DNA of 64,000 bases from Nitrospiria bacterium (GTDB lineage: Bacteria; Nitrospirota; UBA9217): contig CAKKRC010000018.1 in the NCBI GenBank assembly GCA_919902495.1, forward strand, positions 580 through 64,579. The letters run 5' to 3'. A model generated the notes under the pieces. The model had not been told where the DNA came from. It saw nothing but the letters and a program-made list of their open reading frames with translations, and ran no database searches. The translations under genes were made by a program, and so were the position numbers. Of the stretch, positions 50,055 through 61,357 are shown one piece after another (the stretch's first letter is position 1; the number at the start of each line of letters is the position of its first letter).

Positions 50055-53000
50055 ATGAAGAAGCAAGGCTATGCGTCCGCAGTACTATTGTTCATTCTGT
50101 GCATATCTCAAATGTATGCAATACCTGCCATGGCGAAAGACGGCTACCGCACTGTTGTCATCGATCAGGCCGGCGATCGCGTATTTGCAGTGAACAACGA
50201 CACAGAAGGCATCGACGTCATTGATGCAAAGACAGGGGCGCTTGTTTCCTCTATTCTCTCACGTGCCGATATCGAGGTGTTGGCTCTCGATGAACAGCGC
50301 AAATTGCTCGCAGCGGGAGGAGAGCACGGCGTCAGCATCATTTCAACAGAAACACTTGCTGTCCTGTCGACCATCCGGGTCTCCGGCGAGCCCACTGCCA
50401 TCGCCATTGATCCGACCCTCGGCTATCTTCTGATCGCCGCTGAACATGGAAAACTTTCGATCGTTGATCTCATGGCATTGCGAGTTATTACGGAGATCGA
50501 ACTGCTGGACAAGCCGGTGTCCATCGCTGTTGATCCGACGCTTCATCGCGCAATTGTAGCTCACCACACTTGGGGCAAAGGTTCGGATAGGAAAAAGAGT
50601 GAAGAGGAAAAGATACGCGACAATATATCGATCATTGATCTCTCTACCCTGTCCGTAGTGGCTACTCTTCTTGCCGGAAAAGAACCTGTCGATGTCGACG
50701 TTAATCCCATCACGCACGAAGCCGCAGTCGCGAACGAAAAGAGCGATGATGTCACGCTCATTGATCTTGGGACCGTGAGCGTTAAGGGCACGATCCCCGT
50801 TGATAAGCACCCTTCAGCGCTTTACTACAACAGCTGTCTGAACACGCTCGCCGTAGTCGGCGGAGAAGACAGGTCATGGCTCAGGGTCATCGATCCGGCG
50901 ACACAGGACGTCCAGGTTGTCTCTCGATATCATGATAAGCTTTATGACATAGGGATCCATAACTCGTTGAACAAGGCTGTCCTGGCCGGCAAGTCGAGAA
51001 TCCAATTCGTTGCTCTCCCGAATCCCATACCTCATCTTGACGCTATCTTCCCTAATAAGGCGCTCCGGGGCGGCGGACCATTCGAGATAACGTTAAGCGG
51101 AACAGGGCTTTTGGCTTCAACCGAGGTTTACCTGAACGGCATAAAGGCCGAATCTTCGTTCAAGGCCTGCGGCACGATCACTATTTCGATTTCTGCCACC
51201 CTTCTTGATAATGCCGGAACCATAGAGATCAAAGCGACAAACCCCGCTCCCCAAGGCGGAACGTCGAATATCCTGCTCCTCGCTGTTGAAAATCCTGTTC
51301 CCTCGATCCTGGCGCTCCAACCGACCCAGGCCGCCGCCGGTTCCCTGGATTTAACGCTCACTATCATCGGGAGCGGATTTTTCCCGAATACGCAATTCTT
51401 CATAAACAGCACACCTCGTGCGTTCACGTATCTCAGCGCAACAACGATCCAGACGCAACTGACCGCCGTTGAGCTCGAGACGGGACGCTATATCACCATT
51501 TCCGCGGTCAACCCCCAGCCAGGCGGCGGATCGTCTCTACCGTCCACCTTTACCGTGTTGAATCCCGTTCCAGCGATCTCGTCACTCTCTCCCGCTGAAT
51601 TGACCGCCGGCAGCTCAGACACGACAGTTACGATCACCGGCGACAATTTTGTTATGGGTTCGTCCGTGCTGTTGAACGGACAGCCGATCGCTACCAAATA
51701 CGTCGGAAAAACCAGCATCGAAACCACCCTCGCCGCTGCCCAGCTGGCAAACCCGGGCAGCTTTGCTGTCGAAGTTAGCAATCCCGTGCCCGGAGGCGGA
51801 TCGTCTCCGGCGGTGTCCCTCCTGGTTAAACCGGCAGGCAACAAACCTGACCCGTTGCCCGACGGCAGTTTCGGAAAACAGTACGAGGACCTTGTTCCGA
51901 CGAACGCAACGATCAAAGCCTATGATCCGAAGCGTTTCTCCATCGTGACCGGCCTGATCACCGACAGGACCGGGAATCCCGTTTCCGGTATCCAGGTCTC
52001 GATCCACGGTCACGCCGAATATGGCTCCGCCACGACCGACAATAACGGCAGATATTCGCTTCCCCTCGACGGCGGAACAACATTCACGATGGTCTATCAG
52101 ATGACGGGCCTCATTACGAGCCACCGGCAGGTCTATGTGCCCTGGAACGATATTGCCATCAGCGAGACAGTCACCCTGATCGCCGCGGATTCGAAAGCAA
52201 CCACGGTCACCTTCGACGGTAATCCGACTACGGTGGTGACGCACCGGAGCACACCGGTCACTGATTCCTTCGGCAGCCGGTCCATGACCATGGTATTTAC
52301 CGGCGACAACCACGCGTATGTGACCGACGAGAACGGTTTAGAAACGATCGCAACAACGATTACCACCCGCGCCACGGAGTTCGACACGCCCGAGAGCATG
52401 CCAGCGGTGCTCCCGCCGACCTCGGCTTACACTTACTGCGCCGAACTGTCAGCCGACGGTGCTAAGCATGTTCGCTTCGAGAAACCCGTCGTCACTTATG
52501 TGGAAAACTTCCTGGGCTTTCCCGTCGGCTCGATCGTTCCAGTGGGCTACTACGATCGGGCGAAGGGAACGTGGGTCGCCTCCGACAACGGTGTAGTCGT
52601 GAGGCTGCTTGATACGAACGGCGATGGTATCGTGGATGCCCTGGACAGTACGGGGGACAGCCTGCCGGACGACCTGAACAATGATGGATCGTTCATCGAT
52701 GAGGTAAAGGGCCTCTCCGATGCTGGTATATTCAATCCGGGCGGTACGTACTGGCGCGTTAGCGTCAATCATTTCACCCCGTACGACCACAACTGGCCCT
52801 ATGGACCGCCTGAAGATGCAATTGATCCAAATCCTGAGAGAGATCCGGTCCAAGACAAACAACAACCATGCGATGCCGTTGATTATACCAGCTCCTATTG
52901 CGAGAGAAAGAGCAGAGTGTTTCATGAAGATGTGTCCCTAGCTGGAACAGACATGACGCTGCATTATGCAAGTAACAGAGTACAAGGCTATAAAACGGTT

Positions 53001-56000
53001 ATTTCGATACCCGCAAGCGGACCAACGCTTCCAGGAAGCCTCAAAAGTATTATCGTTCGCATGGAGCTAAGCGGGCGCGTTTTCCAGAGAGTTCTTTCAC
53101 CACGACCGAATCAATCGGTTGAGTTCATTTGGGATGGCCTTGATCATCTTGGGAGACGAGTAATCGGTCCTAAACACGCAAATATAAGCATCGGTTATGG
53201 CTATACATTGGTCTACTATTCTGCGCGGAGTGACGTTCTGTCCTCATGGGCAAGAGTGGGCGATTGGTCACTCGCTATCCCGGGTCGCCAGGACATTATC
53301 GTATGGAAACACAGCAAAATATATGTCCATCGCGATGAGTATCGTTCGGTCGTCAAGGGCTGGACATTGTCTAAGCATCATCATATGACGCCATGGGCCC
53401 CGAATTTGTTGATCAAGGGCGATGGCACAACGATTGACAACCGAGTGCGAACTATTTCGACTATCGCGGGGAATTTCCAACAAGGATACAGCGGCGATGG
53501 TGTTCCTGCCACTCAAGCGAGCTTATATCAGCCTGCGGGTGTAATCGCGGATAAGGCGGGCAACATTTTATTTGCTGATCATTTTAATGATCGGATCCGC
53601 ATGGTGGATACATCCGGAATCATATCGACTGTCGCCGGAAATGGGCGGACGGGATTCAGCGGAGACGGCGGACTTGCAGTAGAGGCGAGCCTGATGTATC
53701 CGACCGGCGTTGCACTGGATAATTACGGCAACCTTTATATTGCAGATGGCGGAAACTCACGAATACGAAAAGTCGACTCTGCGGGAATTATCACAACGAT
53801 AGCCGGCATTGGCCAATATGGATATGGCGGCGACGGAGGCCCAGCTGTGCAGGCGGCGCTCTTTTATCCGAGCGGCGTAGCCGTCGACCGGGAGGGTAAT
53901 GTCTATATTGCCGACTTGGGAAACAGCAGAGTAAGAATAATGGATGCCAGCGGAATAATCCGCACGTTCGCCGGCAATGGAGAGATGTTTTCCTTCAGCG
54001 GCGACGGCGGCCGCGCTGAGGAGGCTGGATTAAGCTATCCCAGCGGTGTAGCGGTTGACGGCAGCGGGAACGTATATATTGCCGATCGATATAACGGACG
54101 GATCAGGAAAGTTGATGTCCGGGGGATAATCACAACCATTGCAGGATCGGGCGACTGGTGGTCCTATAATGGAAATAGCGGAGATGGCGGACCGGCAGTT
54201 GAGGCCTTCATGGTTCCCGAGGCGGTAGCGTTGGATAGCGTGGGGAATATTTATGTTGCTGATCAGGGTCTAAATACAATAAGAAAGATCAATACGAGTG
54301 GAATTATCACAACGATTGCTGGTAATGGAGAATATGGGTATGGTGGGGATGGCGGTCTATCGACGAAAGCTCAGCTCTATTATCCTACAGGAGTGGCCGT
54401 TGATCCGGCGTCAAATGTGTATATCGCGGATTCGTATAGTAATAAAATCCGCAAGATTTCGGAGCTTAACGTCTTCGCGTTACATGTGGTCGAAGGCGAT
54501 ATACCGTTCGCCGATGAAAACGGTTTGGGATACATCATGGGCAGCACCGGTCTGCACAAGAAAACAATCGATCTCGCATCGGGAATTACCCTGCTCGATT
54601 TCGGTTATAATACCAGGGGCGAATTAATATCAATAACAGATCGCTTCGGGAGTCAAACATCGATCCAATGGAATGCAGCAGGAACGATATCGTCCATTAC
54701 GTCGCCTGATGGTATTGTTACCAGCCTGACCGTAGATGGCAACACTCATCTGACAAACATCTCTTATCAGGACGGTTCCTCATATGCTTTCGGCTATACC
54801 GCCGATGGTTTAATGACCGATGAGTATGATCGCAGAAACAACCACTTCATCCACCAATACGCTCCAGCGAGCGGCAGAATCACCTCGATTATCGACCCGG
54901 AGTCCGGCCGCTGGGATTACGAGCACTACACCGATGCAACAGGCACGGTTTTTTCATCAATGCGAACGGCAGAGGGCAATATAATATCCTATCGCGATAA
55001 AGAGGACCTCGCAGGCGCGTACACTTCAGCGCAGACGGACGCTCGGGGTGAAACCACTACGACAACCCTGATGTTGGATGGATTTAGCGCGACGCAAACT
55101 GACGCCTGCGGCGTGAAGAAAGAGACGACCTTTGATATAGATTCGGCTTTTTTCAGCCGATATGAGACCGCATCAGTGGTAACTACGCCAGCAGGGCTTT
55201 CGCGGTCAAGGAACATCAGCAAGTCGTATGCTGATACCAATGCTGACAATATTCCCGATATCAGCATCAAAACGGTTTCCTTGAATGATAAAATATGGCT
55301 GGATGAAATCAATGTCATAGCAGGGACTCGTCGAACGACAACACCACAGGGAAGAAACAGAACGACGATTCATAATCCTTCTAATCTTTTAATTACATCA
55401 ATTGAAACAACGGGTCTCTATTCGGCGATGTTCGGTTACGATTTCCGCGGTCGGCTGACGTCAGCTACCACTGGCAGCAGAACAAGTATTATTGCCTACG
55501 ATGCTTTTGGGCACTACGATTACATCATAACGCCCGATAACCGGAAGTTCGATTATTCTTATGACAGGATGGGGAATCTGCGCTCCCTGCAGCAGCCAGA
55601 CGGTTCCGTGATCAGGTATGATTACGACTTGAGCGGCAATATGACCGTGCTCACGAACGCCAAGAGCGTCACGAATACCTTCAATTACACCGCCAACGAC
55701 CAACGGAAGACCTGGACCACGCCGTTGTCAGGCAGTTATACCTACACGTTCGACAAAGAGCGGAAGCTCAAGACGGTTACCTATCCCTCGGGAAGGGTGC
55801 TCAGCAACACCTATACGAATGGTCTCTTGGCTGGTATGACGACTCCGGAAGGCTCGACTACGTACAGCTATGGATGTTCGGGTCAGCTTTCCGGCGCCGT
55901 GCGCGGTTCTGAGTCGATAGCGTTTACCTATGACGGCTCGCTCATCAAAACCGACTCGCGAGTCGGGACCGTGGGCCAGGCGATCAGCTATACATACAAC

Positions 56001-57431
56001 AACGATTTCAATTTGTCGTCGATTACCTATGCCGGAGTTACGCAGAGCCTCGGCTATGACAACGACGGCCTTTTAATCTCAGCTGCTCCTTACGCCATCA
56101 CCCGGAACGCCCAGAACGGCCTGCCCGAGATGGTTGGAGACGGCAATCTGACACTTTCGAGAACCTTTAGTGGCTACGGCGAGCTTGACCAGAGCGTTTA
56201 TGCCGTGAGCGGAACCCCGCTCTACAGTTGGACCCTTTCACGCGACAACGCAGGCCGGATTACTCAGAAAATAGATGTCATGCCGCTGGGAGGTGTTGTC
56301 TGGGATTACGCTTACGATACCTTGGGCCGGCTGAAGGAAGTGAAGCAGAGCGGCAGTATCGTCGAAAGCTATGAGTACGACGCAAACGGCAACAGGACCT
56401 TCGAAACGAACACTTTCCGGGGAACGAGCAACAGGGCCTATGCCTACTCGCTCGAAGACCATGTCCTGACCGCCGGGCAGGACACCTACCAGTTTGATGC
56501 AGACGGCTTCCTGACGAGAAGAACAACCTCAGCAGGAACGGCTACCTTCACCTATTCATCACGAGGTGAGCTTCTAAGCGCTGCATTGCCTGACGGCAGG
56601 GTGCTCACCTACGACCACGACCCCATGGGCAGGAGAATCGCGAAGCGGGTGAATGGCACGATCATCGAGAAATATCTCTGGCAGGGCGCGACCCGTCTCC
56701 TGGCGGTATACGACAACAGCAACAACCTCGTCATGCGGTTTACCTATGCCGACGGACGGATGCCGGTGTCCATGACAAAGGGTGGTATCACGTACTATCT
56801 CTTCTACGACCAGATCGGCTCGCTCAGGGCGGTTGTGGACGGCAGTGGACAGATCGTAAAGGAAATGGTGTATGATTCCTTCGGGTATATGTATAATGAA
56901 AGCAATCCGGCGTTTACGGTGCCGTTTGGATTTGCTGGGGGGCTCTATGACCGTGATACAGGACTCGTTCGTTTCGGAGCCAGGGATTACGATCTAGCCA
57001 TCGGCAGGTGGACTGCCAAGGACCCCATAGATTTTGCGGGCGGAGACACAAATCTATTTGAGTATGTCTTTTCAAGTCCGATTAATTATACCGATAGTCT
57101 TGGACTAGTGGCTAGATGGCTGGTTCCCGATTCCATAATTAACAACTCACAACAAGTCGTAAATAGGGTAACAAACAATGCTTTTAGCAAAGAGGAATTA
57201 GCGAAATTAACCAATTTGGTCATAAAAAATATTGGGTATCTTGATGCTATACAATTTCAAAAAGTATGGTTTGATACCCAAGGAAATGTTCCGCTCACAA
57301 ATAAGCAAAAAAATATTCTTGACAACTTGTTTAACGAGCTTCTGAATGATGCTGATAATCAGGATTTAATTATGAAAGCCTACGAAGAATATCTTAAAGC
57401 GTTTGAGGAGAAAAAATGCTATCTAAAATGA
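50055..57431 (+). CDS. Secreted teneurin-like RHS/YD-repeat protein with YVTN propeller, IPT/TIG domains, NHL propeller and variable C-terminal domain
   Basis: Signal peptide MKKQGYASAVLL..AMA; NP.P.I..L.P Ig-like repeats; carboxypeptidase-regulatory-like domain; GDGG.A..A.L.YP.GVAVD NHL repeats; YD repeats; RHS core FGFAGGLYD.DTGLVRFGARDYD..GRW..KDP..PINYTDSLGL. Confidence 0.92.
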   Translation: MKKQGYASAVLLFILCISQMYAIPAMAKDGYRTVVIDQAGDRVFAVNNDTEGIDVIDAKTGALVSSILSRADIEVLALDEQRKLLAAGGEHGVSIISTETLAVLSTIRVSGEPTAIAIDPTLGYLLIAAEHGKLSIVDLMALRVITEIELLDKPVSIAVDPTLHRAIVAHHTWGKGSDRKKSEEEKIRDNISIIDLSTLSVVATLLAGKEPVDVDVNPITHEAAVANEKSDDVTLIDLGTVSVKGTIPVDKHPSALYYNSCLNTLAVVGGEDRSWLRVIDPATQDVQVVSRYHDKLYDIGIHNSLNKAVLAGKSRIQFVALPNPIPHLDAIFPNKALRGGGPFEITLSGTGLLASTEVYLNGIKAESSFKACGTITISISATLLDNAGTIEIKATNPAPQGGTSNILLLAVENPVPSILALQPTQAAAGSLDLTLTIIGSGFFPNTQFFINSTPRAFTYLSATTIQTQLTAVELETGRYITISAVNPQPGGGSSLPSTFTVLNPVPAISSLSPAELTAGSSDTTVTITGDNFVMGSSVLLNGQPIATKYVGKTSIETTLAAAQLANPGSFAVEVSNPVPGGGSSPAVSLLVKPAGNKPDPLPDGSFGKQYEDLVPTNATIKAYDPKRFSIVTGLITDRTGNPVSGIQVSIHGHAEYGSATTDNNGRYSLPLDGGTTFTMVYQMTGLITSHRQVYVPWNDIAISETVTLIAADSKATTVTFDGNPTTVVTHRSTPVTDSFGSRSMTMVFTGDNHAYVTDENGLETIATTITTRATEFDTPESMPAVLPPTSAYTYCAELSADGAKHVRFEKPVVTYVENFLGFPVGSIVPVGYYDRAKGTWVASDNGVVVRLLDTNGDGIVDALDSTGDSLPDDLNNDGSFIDEVKGLSDAGIFNPGGTYWRVSVNHFTPYDHNWPYGPPEDAIDPNPERDPVQDKQQPCDAVDYTSSYCERKSRVFHEDVSLAGTDMTLHYASNRVQGYKTVISIPASGPTLPGSLKSIIVRMELSGRVFQRVLSPRPNQSVEFIWDGLDHLGRRVIGPKHANISIGYGYTLVYYSARSDVLSSWARVGDWSLAIPGRQDIIVWKHSKIYVHRDEYRSVVKGWTLSKHHHMTPWAPNLLIKGDGTTIDNRVRTISTIAGNFQQGYSGDGVPATQASLYQPAGVIADKAGNILFADHFNDRIRMVDTSGIISTVAGNGRTGFSGDGGLAVEASLMYPTGVALDNYGNLYIADGGNSRIRKVDSAGIITTIAGIGQYGYGGDGGPAVQAALFYPSGVAVDREGNVYIADLGNSRVRIMDASGIIRTFAGNGEMFSFSGDGGRAEEAGLSYPSGVAVDGSGNVYIADRYNGRIRKVDVRGIITTIAGSGDWWSYNGNSGDGGPAVEAFMVPEAVALDSVGNIYVADQGLNTIRKINTSGIITTIAGNGEYGYGGDGGLSTKAQLYYPTGVAVDPASNVYIADSYSNKIRKISELNVFALHVVEGDIPFADENGLGYIMGSTGLHKKTIDLASGITLLDFGYNTRGELISITDRFGSQTSIQWNAAGTISSITSPDGIVTSLTVDGNTHLTNISYQDGSSYAFGYTADGLMTDEYDRRNNHFIHQYAPASGRITSIIDPESGRWDYEHYTDATGTVFSSMRTAEGNIISYRDKEDLAGAYTSAQTDARGETTTTTLMLDGFSATQTDACGVKKETTFDIDSAFFSRYETASVVTTPAGLSRSRNISKSYADTNADNIPDISIKTVSLNDKIWLDEINVIAGTRRTTTPQGRNRTTIHNPSNLLITSIETTGLYSAMFGYDFRGRLTSATTGSRTSIIAYDAFGHYDYIITPDNRKFDYSYDRMGNLRSLQQPDGSVIRYDYDLSGNMTVLTNAKSVTNTFNYTANDQRKTWTTPLSGSYTYTFDKERKLKTVTYPSGRVLSNTYTNGLLAGMTTPEGSTTYSYGCSGQLSGAVRGSESIAFTYDGSLIKTDSRVGTVGQAISYTYNNDFNLSSITYAGVTQSLGYDNDGLLISAAPYAITRNAQNGLPEMVGDGNLTLSRTFSGYGELDQSVYAVSGTPLYSWTLSRDNAGRITQKIDVMPLGGVVWDYAYDTLGRLKEVKQSGSIVESYEYDANGNRTFETNTFRGTSNRAYAYSLEDHVLTAGQDTYQFDADGFLTRRTTSAGTATFTYSSRGELLSAALPDGRVLTYDHDPMGRRIAKRVNGTIIEKYLWQGATRLLAVYDNSNNLVMRFTYADGRMPVSMTKGGITYYLFYDQIGSLRAVVDGSGQIVKEMVYDSFGYMYNESNPAFTVPFGFAGGLYDRDTGLVRFGARDYDLAIGRWTAKDPIDFAGGDTNLFEYVFSSPINYTDSLGLVARWLVPDSIINNSQQVVNRVTNNAFSKEELAKLTNLVIKNIGYLDAIQFQKVWFDTQGNVPLTNKQKNILDNLFNELLNDADNQDLIMKAYEEYLKAFEEKKCYLK

Positions 57432-57796
57432 AGAATACAGCAAAAGGATGGCTAGTAACTTTATTGCTAGGCATTTCTTGTGGGACTATATTCTTTTATT
57501 TACTCAAAACACTCCCGTCGAAGTATGCAGATATGTTGTTTTATTTATTTGGCCTCCAATATTTAGTAGCGGCATTAGTTGTCGACAATAGTTCGATTTA
57601 TTACTTATTATTTTCCATATTGCATTTCATTATAATATTTCGATTGTGTTTCTGGTTAGTACGCAAAGAGCTTTCCGTGCGACAGTGGGCATTGGCTATA
57701 TTTGGTTATTTAATTTTTAGCATTTCTATCTTTATTGGATCGGCGTACATTTTTTTCCATTATGTTATGCGAATAGGTGAAACCATTTCGCAATAA
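57428..57796 (+). CDS. Putative membrane immunity protein
   Basis: ATGA-coupled to the RHS gene, very AT-rich, about 4 hydrophobic helices. Confidence 0.65.
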   Translation: MKNTAKGWLVTLLLGISCGTIFFYLLKTLPSKYADMLFYLFGLQYLVAALVVDNSSIYYLLFSILHFIIIFRLCFWLVRKELSVRQWALAIFGYLIFSISIFIGSAYIFFHYVMRIGETISQ

Positions 57797-57841
57797 TTAT
57801 CAAGTATATTTTCTATTCAGAACAGCAAAATCGGATTGATA

Positions 57842-57873
57842 GGTGCGTATGGGGTCCGGTGCGTATGGGGTCC
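57842..57873. repeat. 16-bp tandem duplication
   Basis: GGTGCGTATGGGGTCC x2. Confidence 0.85.
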
Positions 57874-57896
57874 GACTTGAATCTGTAGTTATTGCT

Positions 57897-58340
57897 TCAC
57901 ACCCGATCATTTCGAGTAAGGAATGACTGTATCCTCTCGATGTTCTTCCTGCTCGGCCGCATCCTTCCGCTCATCCAGTCTGTCAGTTGCTCCGGATCCC
58001 GACCCATCACAGCTCCCAGCCGCTCATAGGACAGACCGTTTACGCGTTTATAGTACTTGAGCCTGCCAATGGTATCCTCCGGGCAGGGGAAGGGGACATA
58101 CCCCAAGAATTGGATCACCGCGGGCATATACTTTAGCTCCGGCTCGGTTCCACGCTCCCAGTTATAAACCGAAGCCTCTGAAACGCCTACCTGTTTTGCA
58201 ACCTGCCGTTGGAATAATCCCAAATCAATTCGACGCTTGCGGATATGGTCTCCGATGGTTCGGGGATTGCCAGTATAACCCCGGGGTGCTATAATCGGCC
58301 GTGGTAATGAAAACCTATATATCGGCCACTCGAAAAAGGT
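57897..58340 (-). CDS. Double XRE-family HTH regulator (start uncertain, possibly truncated)
   Basis: TIGDHIRKRRIDLGLFQRQVAKQVGVSEASVYNWERG and a second HTH GLSYERLGAVMG..QLTDWMSG. Confidence 0.7.
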   Translation of the reverse strand, partial: TFFEWPIYRFSLPRPIIAPRGYTGNPRTIGDHIRKRRIDLGLFQRQVAKQVGVSEASVYNWERGTEPELKYMPAVIQFLGYVPFPCPEDTIGRLKYYKRVNGLSYERLGAVMGRDPEQLTDWMSGRMRPSRKNIERIQSFLTRNDRV

Positions 58341-58343
58341 GCC

Positions 58344-58828
58344 TGAACCCCTGCAAGTGCGGCTTCCATGGCGATCACCAGCACCCGTGCCAGTGCACAC
58401 CCCACCAGGTACAGACCTACCGCTCCCGCGTGTCCGGCCCGCTCATGGACCGCATCGATATCCACATCGAGGTCCCGGCCATCAAGTTCAAGGAGATCAC
58501 CTCCGACGTTCCCGGAGAGCCGTCGGTCGCGATCCGCGACCGCGTTACCTTCGCCCGTTCGGTCCAGCAGGAGCGGTTCAAGACCGACGGCATTTACGCC
58601 AACGCCCACATGAAACCCCGCCACATCCGCAAGTATTGCAGGATCGACGCCGGCTCCCAGCAGCTCATGGAGGCGGCCATGAACCGCCTCGGCCTGTCCG
58701 CCCGGGCCTACAACCGCGTCCTCAAGGTCGCCCGCACTATAGCTGATATCGAAGGCAGCGGCCCCATAGCGACGGAGCACATCTCCGAGGCAATTCAGTA
58801 CCGGAGCCTCGACAGAAGGATAAGCTGA
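58344..58828 (+). pseudogene. comM: Duplicated 3' fragment of comM
   Basis: NPCKCG...YRSLDRRIS has the same protein sequence as the comM C-terminus; there is no 5' part. Confidence 0.9.
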
Positions 58829-58880
58829 AGCTGCTGTCAATTGCCTTGAAAAAAGAAGATCGATAGCCTATACTTCACGC

Positions 58881-59213
58881 ATGAAAACAAGTGGACTGTC
58901 GGAGCATGAAAAGGCCGCCCTTGCGAAGCTGAAGAAGACGCTTGAAGAGCGGTTTAATCTTATTGATTTCCGCGTGTTCGGGTCAAAAGCGCGCGGCGAG
59001 GCTGTTCCCGAATCCGATATCGATGTGATGATTGAGATCGAAGAGTACAACCCGCTGACGGAGTCAGAAATAGACGAATTGGTGTTTAAGATCAACCTAG
59101 AATATGACTGCTTTATATCGGTAGTCATTTTCGGCAGGCGCGAACTTGAAGAGGGGCCCCTGGGAGAATCTCCCCTGTACCGCGTGATCGAAAGAGAGGG
59201 GATCAAGGTTTGA
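58881..59213 (+). CDS. Minimal nucleotidyltransferase (MNT) of an MNT-HEPN module
   Basis: VFGSKARGEA..ESDIDV; I.REG C-terminus. Confidence 0.9.
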   Translation: MKTSGLSEHEKAALAKLKKTLEERFNLIDFRVFGSKARGEAVPESDIDVMIEIEEYNPLTESEIDELVFKINLEYDCFISVVIFGRRELEEGPLGESPLYRVIEREGIKV

Positions 59214-59608
59214 CTGTCGATGAAAAAAGACACGAGCTTGCGCAATATCGCCTCAAGCAGGCTGCGGAAAGCCTGGAAGAAGCTGAGTTCCTCATGTCCG
59301 GAAAAATGAGTCCCCGCTCCATCATCAACAGAGCGTACTATGCCATGTTCTACGCCGTGTTGGCCCTTCTTGTCAATGAGCCGTATGCTTCCTCAAAGCA
59401 TACCGGTGTTCTTGCCTACTTCAACAAAAACTTCATTAAAAGCGGCCTTCTCCCTGAAGCGCTCGGGCGATCCCTTAACAAGGCTTTTGAGTTAAGACAA
59501 CGCGGCGACTACAGGGAATATATCGAGATGACGCACGAGCAGGTCGCGCCGTTTATCGGCGAGGCCCGGAGCTTTATAGCTGCGGTACGGGCTCACCTCG
59601 ATAAATAG
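59210..59608 (+). CDS. HEPN-domain protein (UPF0332 type)
   Basis: NRAYYAMFYA, KHTGV..YF, RQRGDY; overlaps the MNT gene. Confidence 0.88.
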   Translation: MTVDEKRHELAQYRLKQAAESLEEAEFLMSGKMSPRSIINRAYYAMFYAVLALLVNEPYASSKHTGVLAYFNKNFIKSGLLPEALGRSLNKAFELRQRGDYREYIEMTHEQVAPFIGEARSFIAAVRAHLDK

Positions 59609-59652
59609 ATAAATAGCTTGCGATCCCAACGAGATACTATAGTAGGCCCCTG

Positions 59653-61350
<1,698 letters not shown>

Positions 61351-61357
61351 GAAGAAC

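Larger units (their letters stand above)
49300..58828. mobile_element. Genomic island bounded by a 485-bp direct repeat of the comM 3' end
   Basis: 49300-49784 is near-identical to 58344-58828. The cargo is AT-richer: RHS gene, immunity candidate, XRE gene. No recombinase is present. Confidence 0.85.

Noticed and set aside
53440-54460. Repeated GGCGACGGCGG-like DNA as a CRISPR array
   Set aside because: These are degenerate in-frame NHL protein repeats; there are no identical repeats with spacers and no cas genes.
58301-58828. 175-aa ORF as a second comM gene
   Set aside because: It is only the duplicated 3' fragment fused to island sequence; Walker A/B motifs are missing.
58881-59608. MNT-HEPN pair as a novel defence system or part of the comM island
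   Set aside because: It is a common two-gene module and lies outside the direct repeat.
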